45,932 nt of DNA from a virus (lineage: Duplodnaviria; Caudoviricetes): the IMG/VR virus record IMGVR_UViG_3300038829_000042, positions 1-45,932 of that record, one strand, 5' to 3'. The position numbers and the translations under genes are program-made. Each line of letters begins with the position of its first letter. Position 1 is the first letter of the stretch. The notes under the pieces were generated by a model. The model made no database searches. It was given only the letters and a program-made list of their open reading frames with translations, and was not told the origin of the DNA. This document shows positions 26,687 through 36,900 of this stretch, in pieces.

Positions 26687-27164
26687 CCGGACGGCTGTTG
26701 GCGCGTTGTTCCTTGTAGCTCGCCCAACGGCAATTAGACGGTTCATAGTTTCCGTCGTTGTTGATTCTGTCGAGTGTTAAGCCTTTAGGACGTGGGCCGA
26801 CATCGTGAAGAAAGGTTTCAAAGCTATGGAGCCACGCAGCGCACACCTTAATTCCTCTTCCGCCGTAGTGCTTATAGTACTTATGATTTTTATTGGTGCA
26901 ACGCTGCTTAATACTGGTCCAAATATAGTACTCAGTGGTGTGACTTCTGGCGTGCGTAGTGAATCTATCGACAGTCCATTCTTTCATGTAGCAACCGCAA
27001 CTAGTCGTAGATCCAGCGCAGACATGATTAAGCCTGGCGCTGATCTCCTTGCCGCAGTCACATTTGAAATGCCAAATAGTCCTTCCGCTCAGCGGTGGAA
27101 GCTTCTGGATTGCAGTAAGCTTACCGAATCTTTGTCCTGTCTTAACAGTGCTTGGCATCGGCAT
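26625..27164 (-). CDS. HNH homing endonuclease antisense to and overlapping the endolysin
   Basis: GQRFGKLT, WHFKCDCG, TTSCGC, KQRC...YGGRGIKVC...TLDRINNDGNYEPSNCRWAS...N. Confidence 0.9.
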   Translation of the reverse strand: MPMPSTVKTGQRFGKLTAIQKLPPLSGRTIWHFKCDCGKEISARLNHVCAGSTTSCGCYMKEWTVDRFTTHARSHTTEYYIWTSIKQRCTNKNHKYYKHYGGRGIKVCAAWLHSFETFLHDVGPRPKGLTLDRINNDGNYEPSNCRWASYKEQRANSRPVISYRARLLSSSKLALKPCP

Positions 27165-27191
27165 AAAATCACTATGCCATACGCTGCAACG

Positions 27192-27260
27192 GAAAGCAAG
27201 TGGGCTAATGCGCGTGCGCTAGAATTGGCAGGGATGATGCGCGGCGCCGAGAGCGTATAG
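27192..27260 (+). pseudogene. relic second copy of endolysin C-terminus
   Basis: ESKWANARALELAGMMRGAESV* versus functional DSLWSRQVKGRALELASMMRGDVPDKI*. Confidence 0.75.
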
Positions 27261-27328
27261 GGCCATTTTTCTTGAATCCTGGCGAGTCAGCCAGTAGCGC
27301 CGATTGCAGGAGAAGGGTATGTTATGAC

Positions 27329-27619
27329 ATGGCAGAACATGGTGGCGAAGATCGAGAGACTGGCCCTACCTACAAGTCCTTATTTATTGGTGCTTGTGGT
27401 CTTATTAGCCTCTCTTTTGGGTGGTGGTTTACGGATTTTATTTCAGCCGTTAATACCCTTACATCCAGAGTTACCGCACTTGAGGTACGAGACACTGAGA
27501 CAAGATGGACCTTCAAAATCAACGCCGCCAAAATCGATAGTCATGAAACGCGACTTCACGAATTGGAGCGGGAGCACGACAAGCACCGATCAGACAAGCC
27601 AGTAAAGGAGAAACCATAA
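27329..27619 (+). CDS. single-TM coiled-coil protein of lysis cassette
   Basis: TM LFIGACGLISLSFGWWF followed by heptads; TAATG coupled to holin; start uncertain. Confidence 0.6.
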   Translation: MAEHGGEDRETGPTYKSLFIGACGLISLSFGWWFTDFISAVNTLTSRVTALEVRDTETRWTFKINAAKIDSHETRLHELEREHDKHRSDKPVKEKP

Positions 27620-28095
27620 TGGGATTCTTTGATTGGATGACGAGCGCGAGTCCTGGTGGGCAAGTTGGGCAAGCGGCAAAGGACGCGATTACTGGTGTGT
27701 TCGATGGCGTCGGGAAGATCATCGATGAGTTCCACGTCTCCGCCGAAGAGAAAGTGCAGATGAAGATTGCCATAGCCGAGCAGAAGCTCAAGGCGGTGGA
27801 AATCATGGTCAACGATGTGCAGAACGCGAGAGCGATGCAGATCCAGACGAAAAGCCTCTGGCCTGGGCTCATTTCTGCGGTCATCGTGGTTGGTTTTTTT
27901 GGTGGCAGCACCTACGTCATTATCAATGGTACCCCGAAGGATCTGGATGAACTAGGCAAGCAGATCATCAACATGAACAGTGTGGCCCTGATCTCTGGGC
28001 TCTCCGCTGTGATCGGTTACTGGCTCGGGTCGAGCGCAAGCAGTGAGTCGAAGAATCAGATGCTCTATCACTCCACCCCAACGGAGAAGAAATGA
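27619..28095 (+). CDS. putative holin
   Basis: VGKIIDEFHVSAEEK...DVQNARAMQ, two TM segments, VIGYWLGSSASSESKN. Confidence 0.7.
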   Translation: MGFFDWMTSASPGGQVGQAAKDAITGVFDGVGKIIDEFHVSAEEKVQMKIAIAEQKLKAVEIMVNDVQNARAMQIQTKSLWPGLISAVIVVGFFGGSTYVIINGTPKDLDELGKQIINMNSVALISGLSAVIGYWLGSSASSESKNQMLYHSTPTEKK

Positions 28096-28523
28096 AACCT
28101 CCTCAACGACCGTGGCAGAACTGGGTGAGTATCGACCTGTTGATTTTTCTCTTGATCGTCATCGGCCTGGTATGCCTCTTGATTATGGCGGCCCTCATCC
28201 CCATCAAGGCCAATGCCGGTGGGTGCCTGACCATCGATGTGCCGCCCGGGGCGGTGGTCAACCAGCCTGACGGCGACACCTTCCACGTCTTCGCCTTTCA
28301 GCCTGGGGGCGTGGTCAAGATCCGCGTAGAAGGGGTGAACACACCAGAGAAGAAGGAACCTGGATGGGCCGAGGCAAAGGCGTTCACGAAAGAATGGCTG
28401 GCCCGTGGGCCGTTCAAGGTGACGACCTGCGGCAGGCCGACCATTGACAGGATTGTTGCCGCAGTAGAACGGAATGGGAAGACCCTCGCGCAAGACCTCA
28501 TTGACGCTGGATTAGGGAGGTGA
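28092..28523 (+). CDS. membrane-anchored/exported staphylococcal-nuclease-like (thermonuclease) protein
   Basis: Long hydrophobic N-terminus; DGDTF...IRVEGVNTPE...AEAKAF...DRIVA...LAQDLIDAGLG. Confidence 0.8.
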   Translation: MKPPQRPWQNWVSIDLLIFLLIVIGLVCLLIMAALIPIKANAGGCLTIDVPPGAVVNQPDGDTFHVFAFQPGGVVKIRVEGVNTPEKKEPGWAEAKAFTKEWLARGPFKVTTCGRPTIDRIVAAVERNGKTLAQDLIDAGLGR

Positions 28524-28524
28524 C

Positions 28525-29121
28525 ATGCCATTGACAGATATTCAGATTTGCAACATGGCCTTAGGGCATATCGGCCATACCAAGTTTCTCGCGGATCTGG
28601 CTGAGCGGTCGAACGAGGCGAACGTGGTCAACAACTTCTACACACAATCCGTGGAGATGACCCTTGAGTCCTACCCGTGGCCAGAAGCGACGAAGTACGT
28701 CACCTTGGGGCTGGTCGAAGAAGACCCAAACGACGACTGGGATTACCTCTATCAGTACCCGTCCGACTGTCTCTACGCTCGGCGGATTGTGACCACGAAC
28801 GGACGGATTGAGCCGAACCCCCCACCGTTCATCACTGGATACTCTGAGTCGGGGCGAGTGATTTATACCGACGAAGAAGACGCGGTGTTAGAGTATACGC
28901 TGAGACTGGAAGATCCGGCGTTGTTCCGTCCGACGCTGGGCGAAGCGATCTCCTGGTATCTCGCATTCCTCATTGGGCCAGGACTGGCAAAAGACCAGAA
29001 ATTGACGCAAGGGTGTTTTCAGGTGTGGCAAGCCATGACCAGCCGAGCACAACAGCGAGCCGGGAACGAACAGCAACACTCTCAGGAGATTGACTCCGAC
29101 GCGATCAGGAGTCGAGCCTAA
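28525..29121 (+). CDS. tail tubular protein A (adaptor, T7 gp11-like)
   Basis: IQICNMALGHIG, YPWPEA, YLYQYPSDCL, IYTDEEDAVLEY. Confidence 0.88.
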   Translation: MPLTDIQICNMALGHIGHTKFLADLAERSNEANVVNNFYTQSVEMTLESYPWPEATKYVTLGLVEEDPNDDWDYLYQYPSDCLYARRIVTTNGRIEPNPPPFITGYSESGRVIYTDEEDAVLEYTLRLEDPALFRPTLGEAISWYLAFLIGPGLAKDQKLTQGCFQVWQAMTSRAQQRAGNEQQHSQEIDSDAIRSRA

Positions 29122-31625
29122 TGGGCAATTCCATCATTCAACGGAACTTCGCCTCTGGGGAAGTGGCACCGGCGATCTTTGGCCGTGCCGATGTCGTCAA
29201 GTATCAGAGTGGGCTCGCGCGGTGTCGCAACTTCATGGTGCGGCGGCATGGGGGCCTGTCGAACCGTTCCGGCTTTCAGTACATCACGCCACAAGGGACC
29301 CACTCCTCCACGGGCCGACTGTGGAAGTTCGTGTTTAACGCCGATCAGACCTATGTACTCCTGTTTGAAAACGCCACGCTGCGGTTCATTCGGAACGGGG
29401 CCTTGATTACCGTGTCGGGCGTCGCAGCCTACAATGGAGCTACGGCCTATGTGATCGGGGATCTGGCCTTGTCGGGAGGCGTGAATTACTACTGCATCGC
29501 CAATACCACCGGCAACGCGCCCCCCAATGCGACGTATTGGTATGCCATGCCAGCGGGGGATATTTACGAAATCCCGACGCCGTTTGTGACGGCGGATCTT
29601 TCCACGCTGTACTTCTCCCAGTCTGCCGACGTGATCACTATTACCCATACCGGCTATGAAATCTACGAACTGTCGCGGTTTGGTCATACTAACTGGACGC
29701 TGCAAGGCGTGACGCTCTCCCCGGCGATCAGCCCGCCTGGGTCGCTCGCGGTGTCTGGTGTAAACGGCTCGGTGTCAATTTGGGTGGCGACGGCGGTGAA
29801 GGCGACCACACTCGAAGAGTCGATTGCCTCGATCAACGGCGGGTCCAGTACCGTCCCTAGCTCTGGCGCTCCGCGTACCCTCACGATTGGGGCGGTCGCA
29901 GGAGCACAGGAGTACAACGTCTACCGGCATGACGGCAGCGGGACCTATGGCTTTGTCGGGGTGGCGACGGGGACGACCTTTGTGGATAACGGGATTCCCC
30001 CAGACTACACCGTCACGCCTCCGACCTTGCCGATTGATCTGACTGGCACCGGTGACCGACCGGCCTGTAACGGCTATCTCCAGCAGCGGAAATGCTACGG
30101 CGGGAAGACGAACGCGCCTGAGGAAATCTATGCGAGCAAGGCGGGGCAGTATAAAAACTTCAGCCGCTCATCCCCCTTGCAGGACGATGACGCCTGTATC
30201 TGGACCCCAGCGGGAGGCGAGGTCAACCGCATCCGGCATTTTATCGAACTGTCGGAATACTGGGTGCTGACGCAAGGGGCTGAATGGATTTTGATCGGCG
30301 ATGGCAACGGCGGATTGACGCCAGGGACGCCGGGATTCAAAAAGCAAAGCTCACACGGCAGCTCTGAGATTCAGCCGGTGATTATCGCGAATAGCTTTCT
30401 CTTCGTGCAGGCCCGTGGGTCGATTGTCCGTGATATTAAATACGAAGCGAACTCCAACGGCTACGCGGGGCGTGATCTCACGGTGTTCTCTCCGCATCTG
30501 TTTGACGGGTACACGTTGGTCCATTGGGACTATGCACAGATTCCCAACTCCATTGTATGGGCGGCGCGGTCGGATGGGCATTTGATTGGCTTGACCTATC
30601 TCCGTGAGCATGAAATCTGGGGATGGCATGACCACGATACCTACGGCTATTTTGAGGATGTCGTGGCCGTGCCGGAAGGTGAGGAAGATATGGTCTACGC
30701 GATCATCAAGCGGACCATTAACGGCGCAACGGTGCGGTACGTGGAGCGGATGTCCAGCCGAAAGATCAGCGAGATTGCGGTGGATGCAACCTTCATGGAT
30801 AGCTACCTGAGCTATGACGGACGGCATACCGGCTCGACTACGATGACGCTTTCAGATGGGACCAATTGGACCTTTGACGAAGATTTGACCTTGACGGCGA
30901 GCGGTAGTACGTTTGCCTCCGGGGATGTGGGCAAGGCGATCTTTCTCAAGATTGTGACAGAGACATGGACGCCGGAAGATGGCGTATCTGAGACAACAGA
31001 GATATTGCGGTGTGAGATTGTCGGCTATACCAGCGTAACGGTGGTCACGGTGAACGCGCACAAAACCGTTCCGGCAGCGTTTCAGAGTGTGGCCATTACG
31101 GTCTGGTCGATGGCCGTGACGAACGTGACGGGACTTGACCATCTGGAAGGGGCCACGGTGTCGATCCTGGCGGACGGGAATGTGATGACGAACGGGATTG
31201 ATGATCCGGTCATTACCGTCTCAGGCGGGACGCTCTCAGAGGATATCGAGAACCATGCGGAAATCATCCATGTGGGATTGCCCTATGTGTCGGATGCCCA
31301 AACCCTGGATCTCGAAGTCTTAGGGCACGAGACCTTAGCCGATAAGAAAAAGCAGATCAATCAAGTGACGTTGCTGGTGGAGTCGTCTCGTGGTATTTGG
31401 GCAGGCGAACCGAATGAAGATGGGACGGTCAATCCCGATCACCTCTACGAACATGCCCAACGGACACCAGGGGACGAATATGACACGATTGAGGGCGTGA
31501 CGGGCAAGGTGGTTATCTCTATGTCGGCCTCGTGGAATACGGGCGGACGGGTGCATATCCGGCAACGGGACCCGCTCCCGATGTCCTTACTGGCGGTCAT
31601 ACCATCTGTCTCGGTGGGAGGGTAA
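29121..31625 (+). CDS. tail tubular protein B (nozzle, T7 gp12-like)
   Basis: QRNFASGEVAP...R.D...Y, NFMVRRHGG..NRSG, QSADV, WGWHDHDT, GLDHLEG, VGLPY, QRDPLPMSLLA. Confidence 0.9.
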   Translation: MGNSIIQRNFASGEVAPAIFGRADVVKYQSGLARCRNFMVRRHGGLSNRSGFQYITPQGTHSSTGRLWKFVFNADQTYVLLFENATLRFIRNGALITVSGVAAYNGATAYVIGDLALSGGVNYYCIANTTGNAPPNATYWYAMPAGDIYEIPTPFVTADLSTLYFSQSADVITITHTGYEIYELSRFGHTNWTLQGVTLSPAISPPGSLAVSGVNGSVSIWVATAVKATTLEESIASINGGSSTVPSSGAPRTLTIGAVAGAQEYNVYRHDGSGTYGFVGVATGTTFVDNGIPPDYTVTPPTLPIDLTGTGDRPACNGYLQQRKCYGGKTNAPEEIYASKAGQYKNFSRSSPLQDDDACIWTPAGGEVNRIRHFIELSEYWVLTQGAEWILIGDGNGGLTPGTPGFKKQSSHGSSEIQPVIIANSFLFVQARGSIVRDIKYEANSNGYAGRDLTVFSPHLFDGYTLVHWDYAQIPNSIVWAARSDGHLIGLTYLREHEIWGWHDHDTYGYFEDVVAVPEGEEDMVYAIIKRTINGATVRYVERMSSRKISEIAVDATFMDSYLSYDGRHTGSTTMTLSDGTNWTFDEDLTLTASGSTFASGDVGKAIFLKIVTETWTPEDGVSETTEILRCEIVGYTSVTVVTVNAHKTVPAAFQSVAITVWSMAVTNVTGLDHLEGATVSILADGNVMTNGIDDPVITVSGGTLSEDIENHAEIIHVGLPYVSDAQTLDLEVLGHETLADKKKQINQVTLLVESSRGIWAGEPNEDGTVNPDHLYEHAQRTPGDEYDTIEGVTGKVVISMSASWNTGGRVHIRQRDPLPMSLLAVIPSVSVGG

Positions 31626-31628
31626 TCG

Positions 31629-32090
31629 ATGGGCATCTCGGCAGGGGTTGGCATGATGGGGGTTGGCACAGGGTTGAAGGCATTTAGCCAGGTGCAGGCC
31701 GGAAACGAACAAGACAAGATCTTGCATCGCAACGCCGACATTGCGGACGCGAAAGCACAAGACGCTCTGACGCGAGGGAAGATCAACGAAAAGAAGATGC
31801 GGGGGCAGACCGAGCAGACCATCGGCTCGCAGAGGGTCAATCTCGCTGCGCAAGGGGTCGATATCAATTCAGGGTCGGCACTCGATACGCAAGCCGATGC
31901 GGCCTACTTAGGGGAACTGGACGCGAAGACCATTCAGACCAACGCGAAAAAGGAAGCCTGGGGCTATAAGACGGAAGCCGATAATCTTCGGTATCAAGGG
32001 CGAGTGGCCAAGAAGGAAGGCGACCTCGGGGCCTTTAATACTATCCTGGGTGGAGCCGGTTCTATGTTAATGGCGAAGTACGGGAAATAG
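31629..32090 (+). CDS. internal virion (ejection) protein, T7 gp14-like
   Basis: Gly-rich hydrophobic ends, IGSQRVNLAAQGVDINSGSALD. Confidence 0.8.
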   Translation: MGISAGVGMMGVGTGLKAFSQVQAGNEQDKILHRNADIADAKAQDALTRGKINEKKMRGQTEQTIGSQRVNLAAQGVDINSGSALDTQADAAYLGELDAKTIQTNAKKEAWGYKTEADNLRYQGRVAKKEGDLGAFNTILGGAGSMLMAKYGK

Positions 32091-32098
32091 GGGGTCAC

Positions 32099-33949
32099 AT
32101 GCCGAGAGTGCCAGCGCGAGACCAGCAAGTGAGTGACGCCGCCCTCCCCGGCGTCCGCCTTCAGGGTGCCCCCTCTCCCTCGGCCTTTGGGGCTGAGATA
32201 GGCGGCACCCTGCAACGGCTCGGCTCTGCGATGTACGAGCGGGAATTGCAGGCGGCTGACCGTGCGGCGGTGATGGAAGCGGAGACCATCGCGGGGAATT
32301 CTGAGCTAGAAATCCTCGATAAGATGGGGCAGATGAAGGGCCGGGATGCCGTGACGGCGCGGGATTTCGTCGATGAGCAATTTAGCGCGGTCGAAACGAA
32401 ACTGACCGGGGCGCTGTCGAACGACCGGCAACGGCAGATGTTCAAACAAGTGGTGCAGCATAAACGGGACTCACTGAACCGGACGGCCTTGAACTATGCG
32501 ACACGAGAGACAGAAGCGTTTGAGAAGCTGACCTATACGAACAACCTAGAACAGGCGGTGAACCTGTCTCGCGCCCATGCGAACGACCCCATACGGATCG
32601 GGGCAGAAAAGGGCTTGATTGCCCAAAAAGTGGCGATGATGGCCGAGCGGCAGGGGTGGGACGATGACGCGCACAAGGCCGAATTGACCGGCATCTACTC
32701 GAAGATGAACATGAACGCCATACGCGGGATGTTGGATCAGGGGAACGACAAAGCGGCCAAGCAGTACTACGAACAGATGAAGGGGTATGAGGTTGAACGG
32801 ACGAAGGTGGATGAATCGACCGGCGAGATCAAGACATTCCCCAGCGTCATCCAGTTTACAGCGGCAGACCGGGACCATGTGGAGAAGTCCTTAGATGAAG
32901 GCTCGACCAGAGGCGAGGCACACCGGCAATTCCTCAACATTATGGCGGCGGGGACCGATACGGCGGAAGCGCGGCGGGTGGCGACGAATACCGCCAATGC
33001 CATGGTGGATGAGAAGGTCGGGGCGATGGTTCTCCAAAAGCTCGATCACGCCTTTGCGCAAGAGGACAAGCGAAAAAGCGAACAGCATCAAGAGACCTTT
33101 GCCAATGCGACCAAGCTGATCGATGAGCAGTGGGAACAGGACCCCACGAAGACGGCGCGGGAGATGGTCCCGGCTGATCGGTGGGCCGCGCTCAGCATTC
33201 AGGACCGGCACACCCTTGAAACATACCTCAGGAACGCGAGAGACCCAGGCAAGAAATCGACGGATATGGGAATCTGGGTCCAGATCAACTCCATGAAGGA
33301 TGAGGAGCTCGCCAAAGTCCCCCGCTCACAGATGATGGCCTACGTTAACAATCTCGACAATGGCGACGGGGACAAGCTCTTGACGCGCTGGAACGGGGTA
33401 ATCAACGCGATGAATCCAGACGGCAAGAAGGATATCAAGTATAGTGAATTCCTCTCCATGGAGGACATGACGAAGAAGGCGATGGCGAATACCGGCTACT
33501 TTGACCTGAACACGCCATTAAGCAAGTTGCCACCTGAACAGCAGGTGTTGAGGAACAATGTAGAATCGGCGATCAATCGACGCATGGCGACCATTCCGAA
33601 GGATGCGCCACTCGCGGAGAAAGAGAAGGCAATTCAAGAAGTCGTCGATGCGCAAGTGAAAGCTCAGGTGAAGGTGGGCGGGATTGATCTCCCGTTCTTT
33701 GGGGTGGTCGGTGGCAAGCAACGAGCGGTGGGAGAGTTTGACTCCTTCAAGGATAAGACCGTCCGTGTTCCACTCAAAGACATCCCAGCAGGCTACCAAG
33801 ATATGGTGAAAGGTCTCTTGCGAGATGCAAATAAGAAACTCGACAACGCCAAGATCGAGCGGATCTATGCCTTGAAACAACTGCGTAAAGCTGGCAAGCT
33901 GGGCCGGCAAGCCTTGATTGACCAAACCCGCAAGATCATAGAGGAATAA
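32099..33949 (+). CDS. internal virion (ejection) protein, gp15-position
   Basis: MPRVP start, helical protein between gp14-like and gp16-like genes. Confidence 0.75.
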   Translation: MPRVPARDQQVSDAALPGVRLQGAPSPSAFGAEIGGTLQRLGSAMYERELQAADRAAVMEAETIAGNSELEILDKMGQMKGRDAVTARDFVDEQFSAVETKLTGALSNDRQRQMFKQVVQHKRDSLNRTALNYATRETEAFEKLTYTNNLEQAVNLSRAHANDPIRIGAEKGLIAQKVAMMAERQGWDDDAHKAELTGIYSKMNMNAIRGMLDQGNDKAAKQYYEQMKGYEVERTKVDESTGEIKTFPSVIQFTAADRDHVEKSLDEGSTRGEAHRQFLNIMAAGTDTAEARRVATNTANAMVDEKVGAMVLQKLDHAFAQEDKRKSEQHQETFANATKLIDEQWEQDPTKTAREMVPADRWAALSIQDRHTLETYLRNARDPGKKSTDMGIWVQINSMKDEELAKVPRSQMMAYVNNLDNGDGDKLLTRWNGVINAMNPDGKKDIKYSEFLSMEDMTKKAMANTGYFDLNTPLSKLPPEQQVLRNNVESAINRRMATIPKDAPLAEKEKAIQEVVDAQVKAQVKVGGIDLPFFGVVGGKQRAVGEFDSFKDKTVRVPLKDIPAGYQDMVKGLLRDANKKLDNAKIERIYALKQLRKAGKLGRQALIDQTRKIIEE

Positions 33950-36900
33950 ATGTCATTAGAAGACTCGCTCGCAGCCTTTGCCGATGCGGAAGAGGCCGCG
34001 CCGTCATCGTCCTACGGGATGCGCCAAGATGGCACAGCCAAGGGCGATGGATTCTACGGGCCACTTCCCTCGAAAGATCCCAGGTATCCACGCGGGACCG
34101 TTTCCACTGAACTCAGCGCGGACATGGACGTAGACGGAAAGAATATCCATTTCCCTCTACTCGTGCCTGGTCTGTCTCGGGCTGAAATTGATTCTCTTCT
34201 TGCTGGTGACAAGCCATCGGATGCGATTTATGACAAGGCGCTGTCTCACGCGCAGAAGAGGATAGCTGGCGGAATGAGCCCATTTGCTGGAAACGCTGAA
34301 CGGGTGGCGCTCCCAAGCAATTCGGCAAGCCTGGAATCCTCTCTCTCCTTATGGGCCGACCAAGAGGAGAAAGACAGCCTGAAAGCCTCCTCCTCGATTG
34401 GCCTTCAGAAAGACACCTCGAAGTCTACGAAGATCCTGCAACTCTTCGGGCGCACCGGCTTACCGAAAGAGTTCATCGAACGCAATCAAGACTTCGTAGA
34501 ACAGGAATCCATCAAGAAAGACTTTGACCCGGATCGGCTCATGAAGGAGTCTCCCGCCTTTGCTGGATGGCTGGCCGAGCATCCTGACCATGTGGCGGCA
34601 GCGAAGAACGATGTCTCGAAACTCAGCTACATCGAACGACAGATTCGGTTTATCGGTGGGTCCGAGGATGCCGGTCAGCTCATGGATGAGCTGGTGGACC
34701 TCGGCGGGAAAGCCTTCAATGATCAGATTACCCCACAAGAGCGGAAGCGGCAGGCTGAGATAGAACAGAAACTCCAAGACATTGGACGAGCGAACGAAGG
34801 GCTTGACCTTGATGGCTTTAGTGAAATTCCTGGGGCCGTGGTCGAACAGTTCCCGAACTTGGTGCGAGGATTGAAGGGCAAGATTGAGTACGCCGCGAAG
34901 GGGCTGGTGGCAGGCACGGCAGCGGGGGCCATTGTCGGTTCTCCTGGTGGACCTCCTGGGACGGCAGCCGGGGCGATTGGGGGCGGGGTGGCCGGTGGGC
35001 TGGTTGGCTTGCGCTGGGGTGCCGCCGTATCGGCTGGGGAAGTCGAACGGAACGCGGCCTATATCGATTATGAAAAGCTGAAAGACGAGCAGGGCAACCC
35101 GCTCGATAAAACGACGATCAAAGGGCTTGCGCTCATGGCGGGGGCGGTCAACGGGGCAGTTGAAGGACTTACCGGCATGGAAGCCTTGATTGATAAGTTG
35201 CCAGGGGTGAAGCATCTCGCGCGCAAAGGGGTTAAGGAACTACTGAAAACCCCCACGGCGAGAGGCGCCATTCTCGGAATGGCGAAGCAGGTTGGTATCA
35301 CGTCGATACAGGAAGGGGCGACGGAAGTATTTCAGATGTATGTCACGAAGACCGGAGGAGAACTGGCCAAGTGGGCCAAGGACGGCGGCTCGCCCGTGGA
35401 AGTCCTGGGGCGGATCTTCTCGGCTGAGAACGCAGCTCAGTCCATTCAGGAATTTAAGAAAGGAGTCCAGTCGAGCGTAGGAACTTCTACCGTTCTGACC
35501 ACGCCAAACCTCGTGCAAGACCTGCGACAGGTGAAACGGGCGAACGAGACTAAGAAAGCCTTTGAAGCGGTGGGCAAGGTGGCGGAATCGGCAGAGTTCG
35601 CCAAGAACCTCCCGGACAGCCTCAAGACCATCATTGAACGGTCGGTGAGTGACGGGCCGATTGAATCGCTCTATGTGCCGGCCGATACCTTCAACACCTA
35701 TTTCCAAGGCAAGGGCGTTGATCCTCGGGACGTGTACGCAGAGATTACCGGCAACCCCGAAGCCTACGATCAGGCGATACAGACCGGACAACCGTTGCCG
35801 ATTAAGACGGCGGACTATGCGAGTAAGCTAGCCGGGACGGAGCATAACGCTTTCTTTGCCAATGAACTCAAGACCGATCTTGACGCGATGAACGCCAGGG
35901 AAGCGGCGGAATGGATGGAGCAGCAAGACAAGATCCTGGAAGCCCAAACCGCACAGGACGGGGCACAAGTCCAATCGGCAACCGATCCCCTGGTGAAGAT
36001 CCAGAACGATATCTCGGAACAGCTCAGAGCGGCAGGCTACAACCCTGACGCCATTGGCCCATTTGCCGAGTACTTCGCGCAACGGTATCAGGCCAGAGCG
36101 GCACGGCGCGGGATGGGGGAAGATCCAGCCGAACTCTTCAAGGCGCAAAACCTCACGATTCAGCGTGAACTCCCTGACGTGTTACGAAAACTACACAGCA
36201 AGACTTCTGAACTCGATGCCCTCTTGAACCGCTTGAGAACTGGGGATGCCCCCAGGGCACAGGATATCTACGGGCCGTCCTTGGCGGACTTCCTCAGAGA
36301 GAAAGGCGGGGTGCAGGACCAGGGCGGGGAACTGAAAGCGCGGGACGTAGACGGCAGCCGGAAGGCGTTTCAAAAGAAGCTGACGCGTAAGGATGGCTTA
36401 ACGCTGGATGATGCGGCAGAGCTGGCGGCTGAGGCGGGATATTTGGAGGACCGGAATATCAACGCGCTTCTGGATGCGCTCGACAAGGATACACGCGGCA
36501 CGCCGGTCTATGCCCAAGGGCGAGAGAACGCGGCCTTGCTGGATGTGCAGATGAATCTCGACGCCATGAAGGACTTCCTGAAGGCGCGGTCGATTGACCT
36601 GGCGACCACGACCAACGAACAGATCAAGGCCCTCTTTACCCAAGCGGCACAGCAATCGCTCCCGATGGAGGGGCAGACGTTTACGCAAACACCCCCTGAG
36701 CCTGGGCGCAAGTACACGTTTATTTCACGCGCTCAGGAGTATGCAGAACGGGACATATACGGAATTGATCGTCCTGGGATTCTAAGCATAGAGATAGGCG
36801 ATAAAAGCAGATGGATCGTACCAGATAGTACAGATGGCCCGATAATTAGAATCAACAATATCCCTGGAACGGTAGACGGCAACGCGGCTGCCAGTCAAGG

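Noticed and set aside
27152-27168. Second sigma54 site (TTGGCATCGGCATAA)
   Set aside because: Lacks the TTGC -12 element at the required spacing
26686-27200. Group I intron in the endolysin
   Set aside because: The lysin is complete with its own stop, the HNH is antisense, and there is no room for a ribozyme core
26805-27260. 151-aa plus-strand ORF as an independent gene
   Set aside because: Mostly antisense to the HNH gene; only the last ~22 codons are meaningful (lysin relic)
27324-27605. Overlapping o-spanin (Rz1-like)
   Set aside because: Has a hydrophobic stretch but no lipobox cysteine
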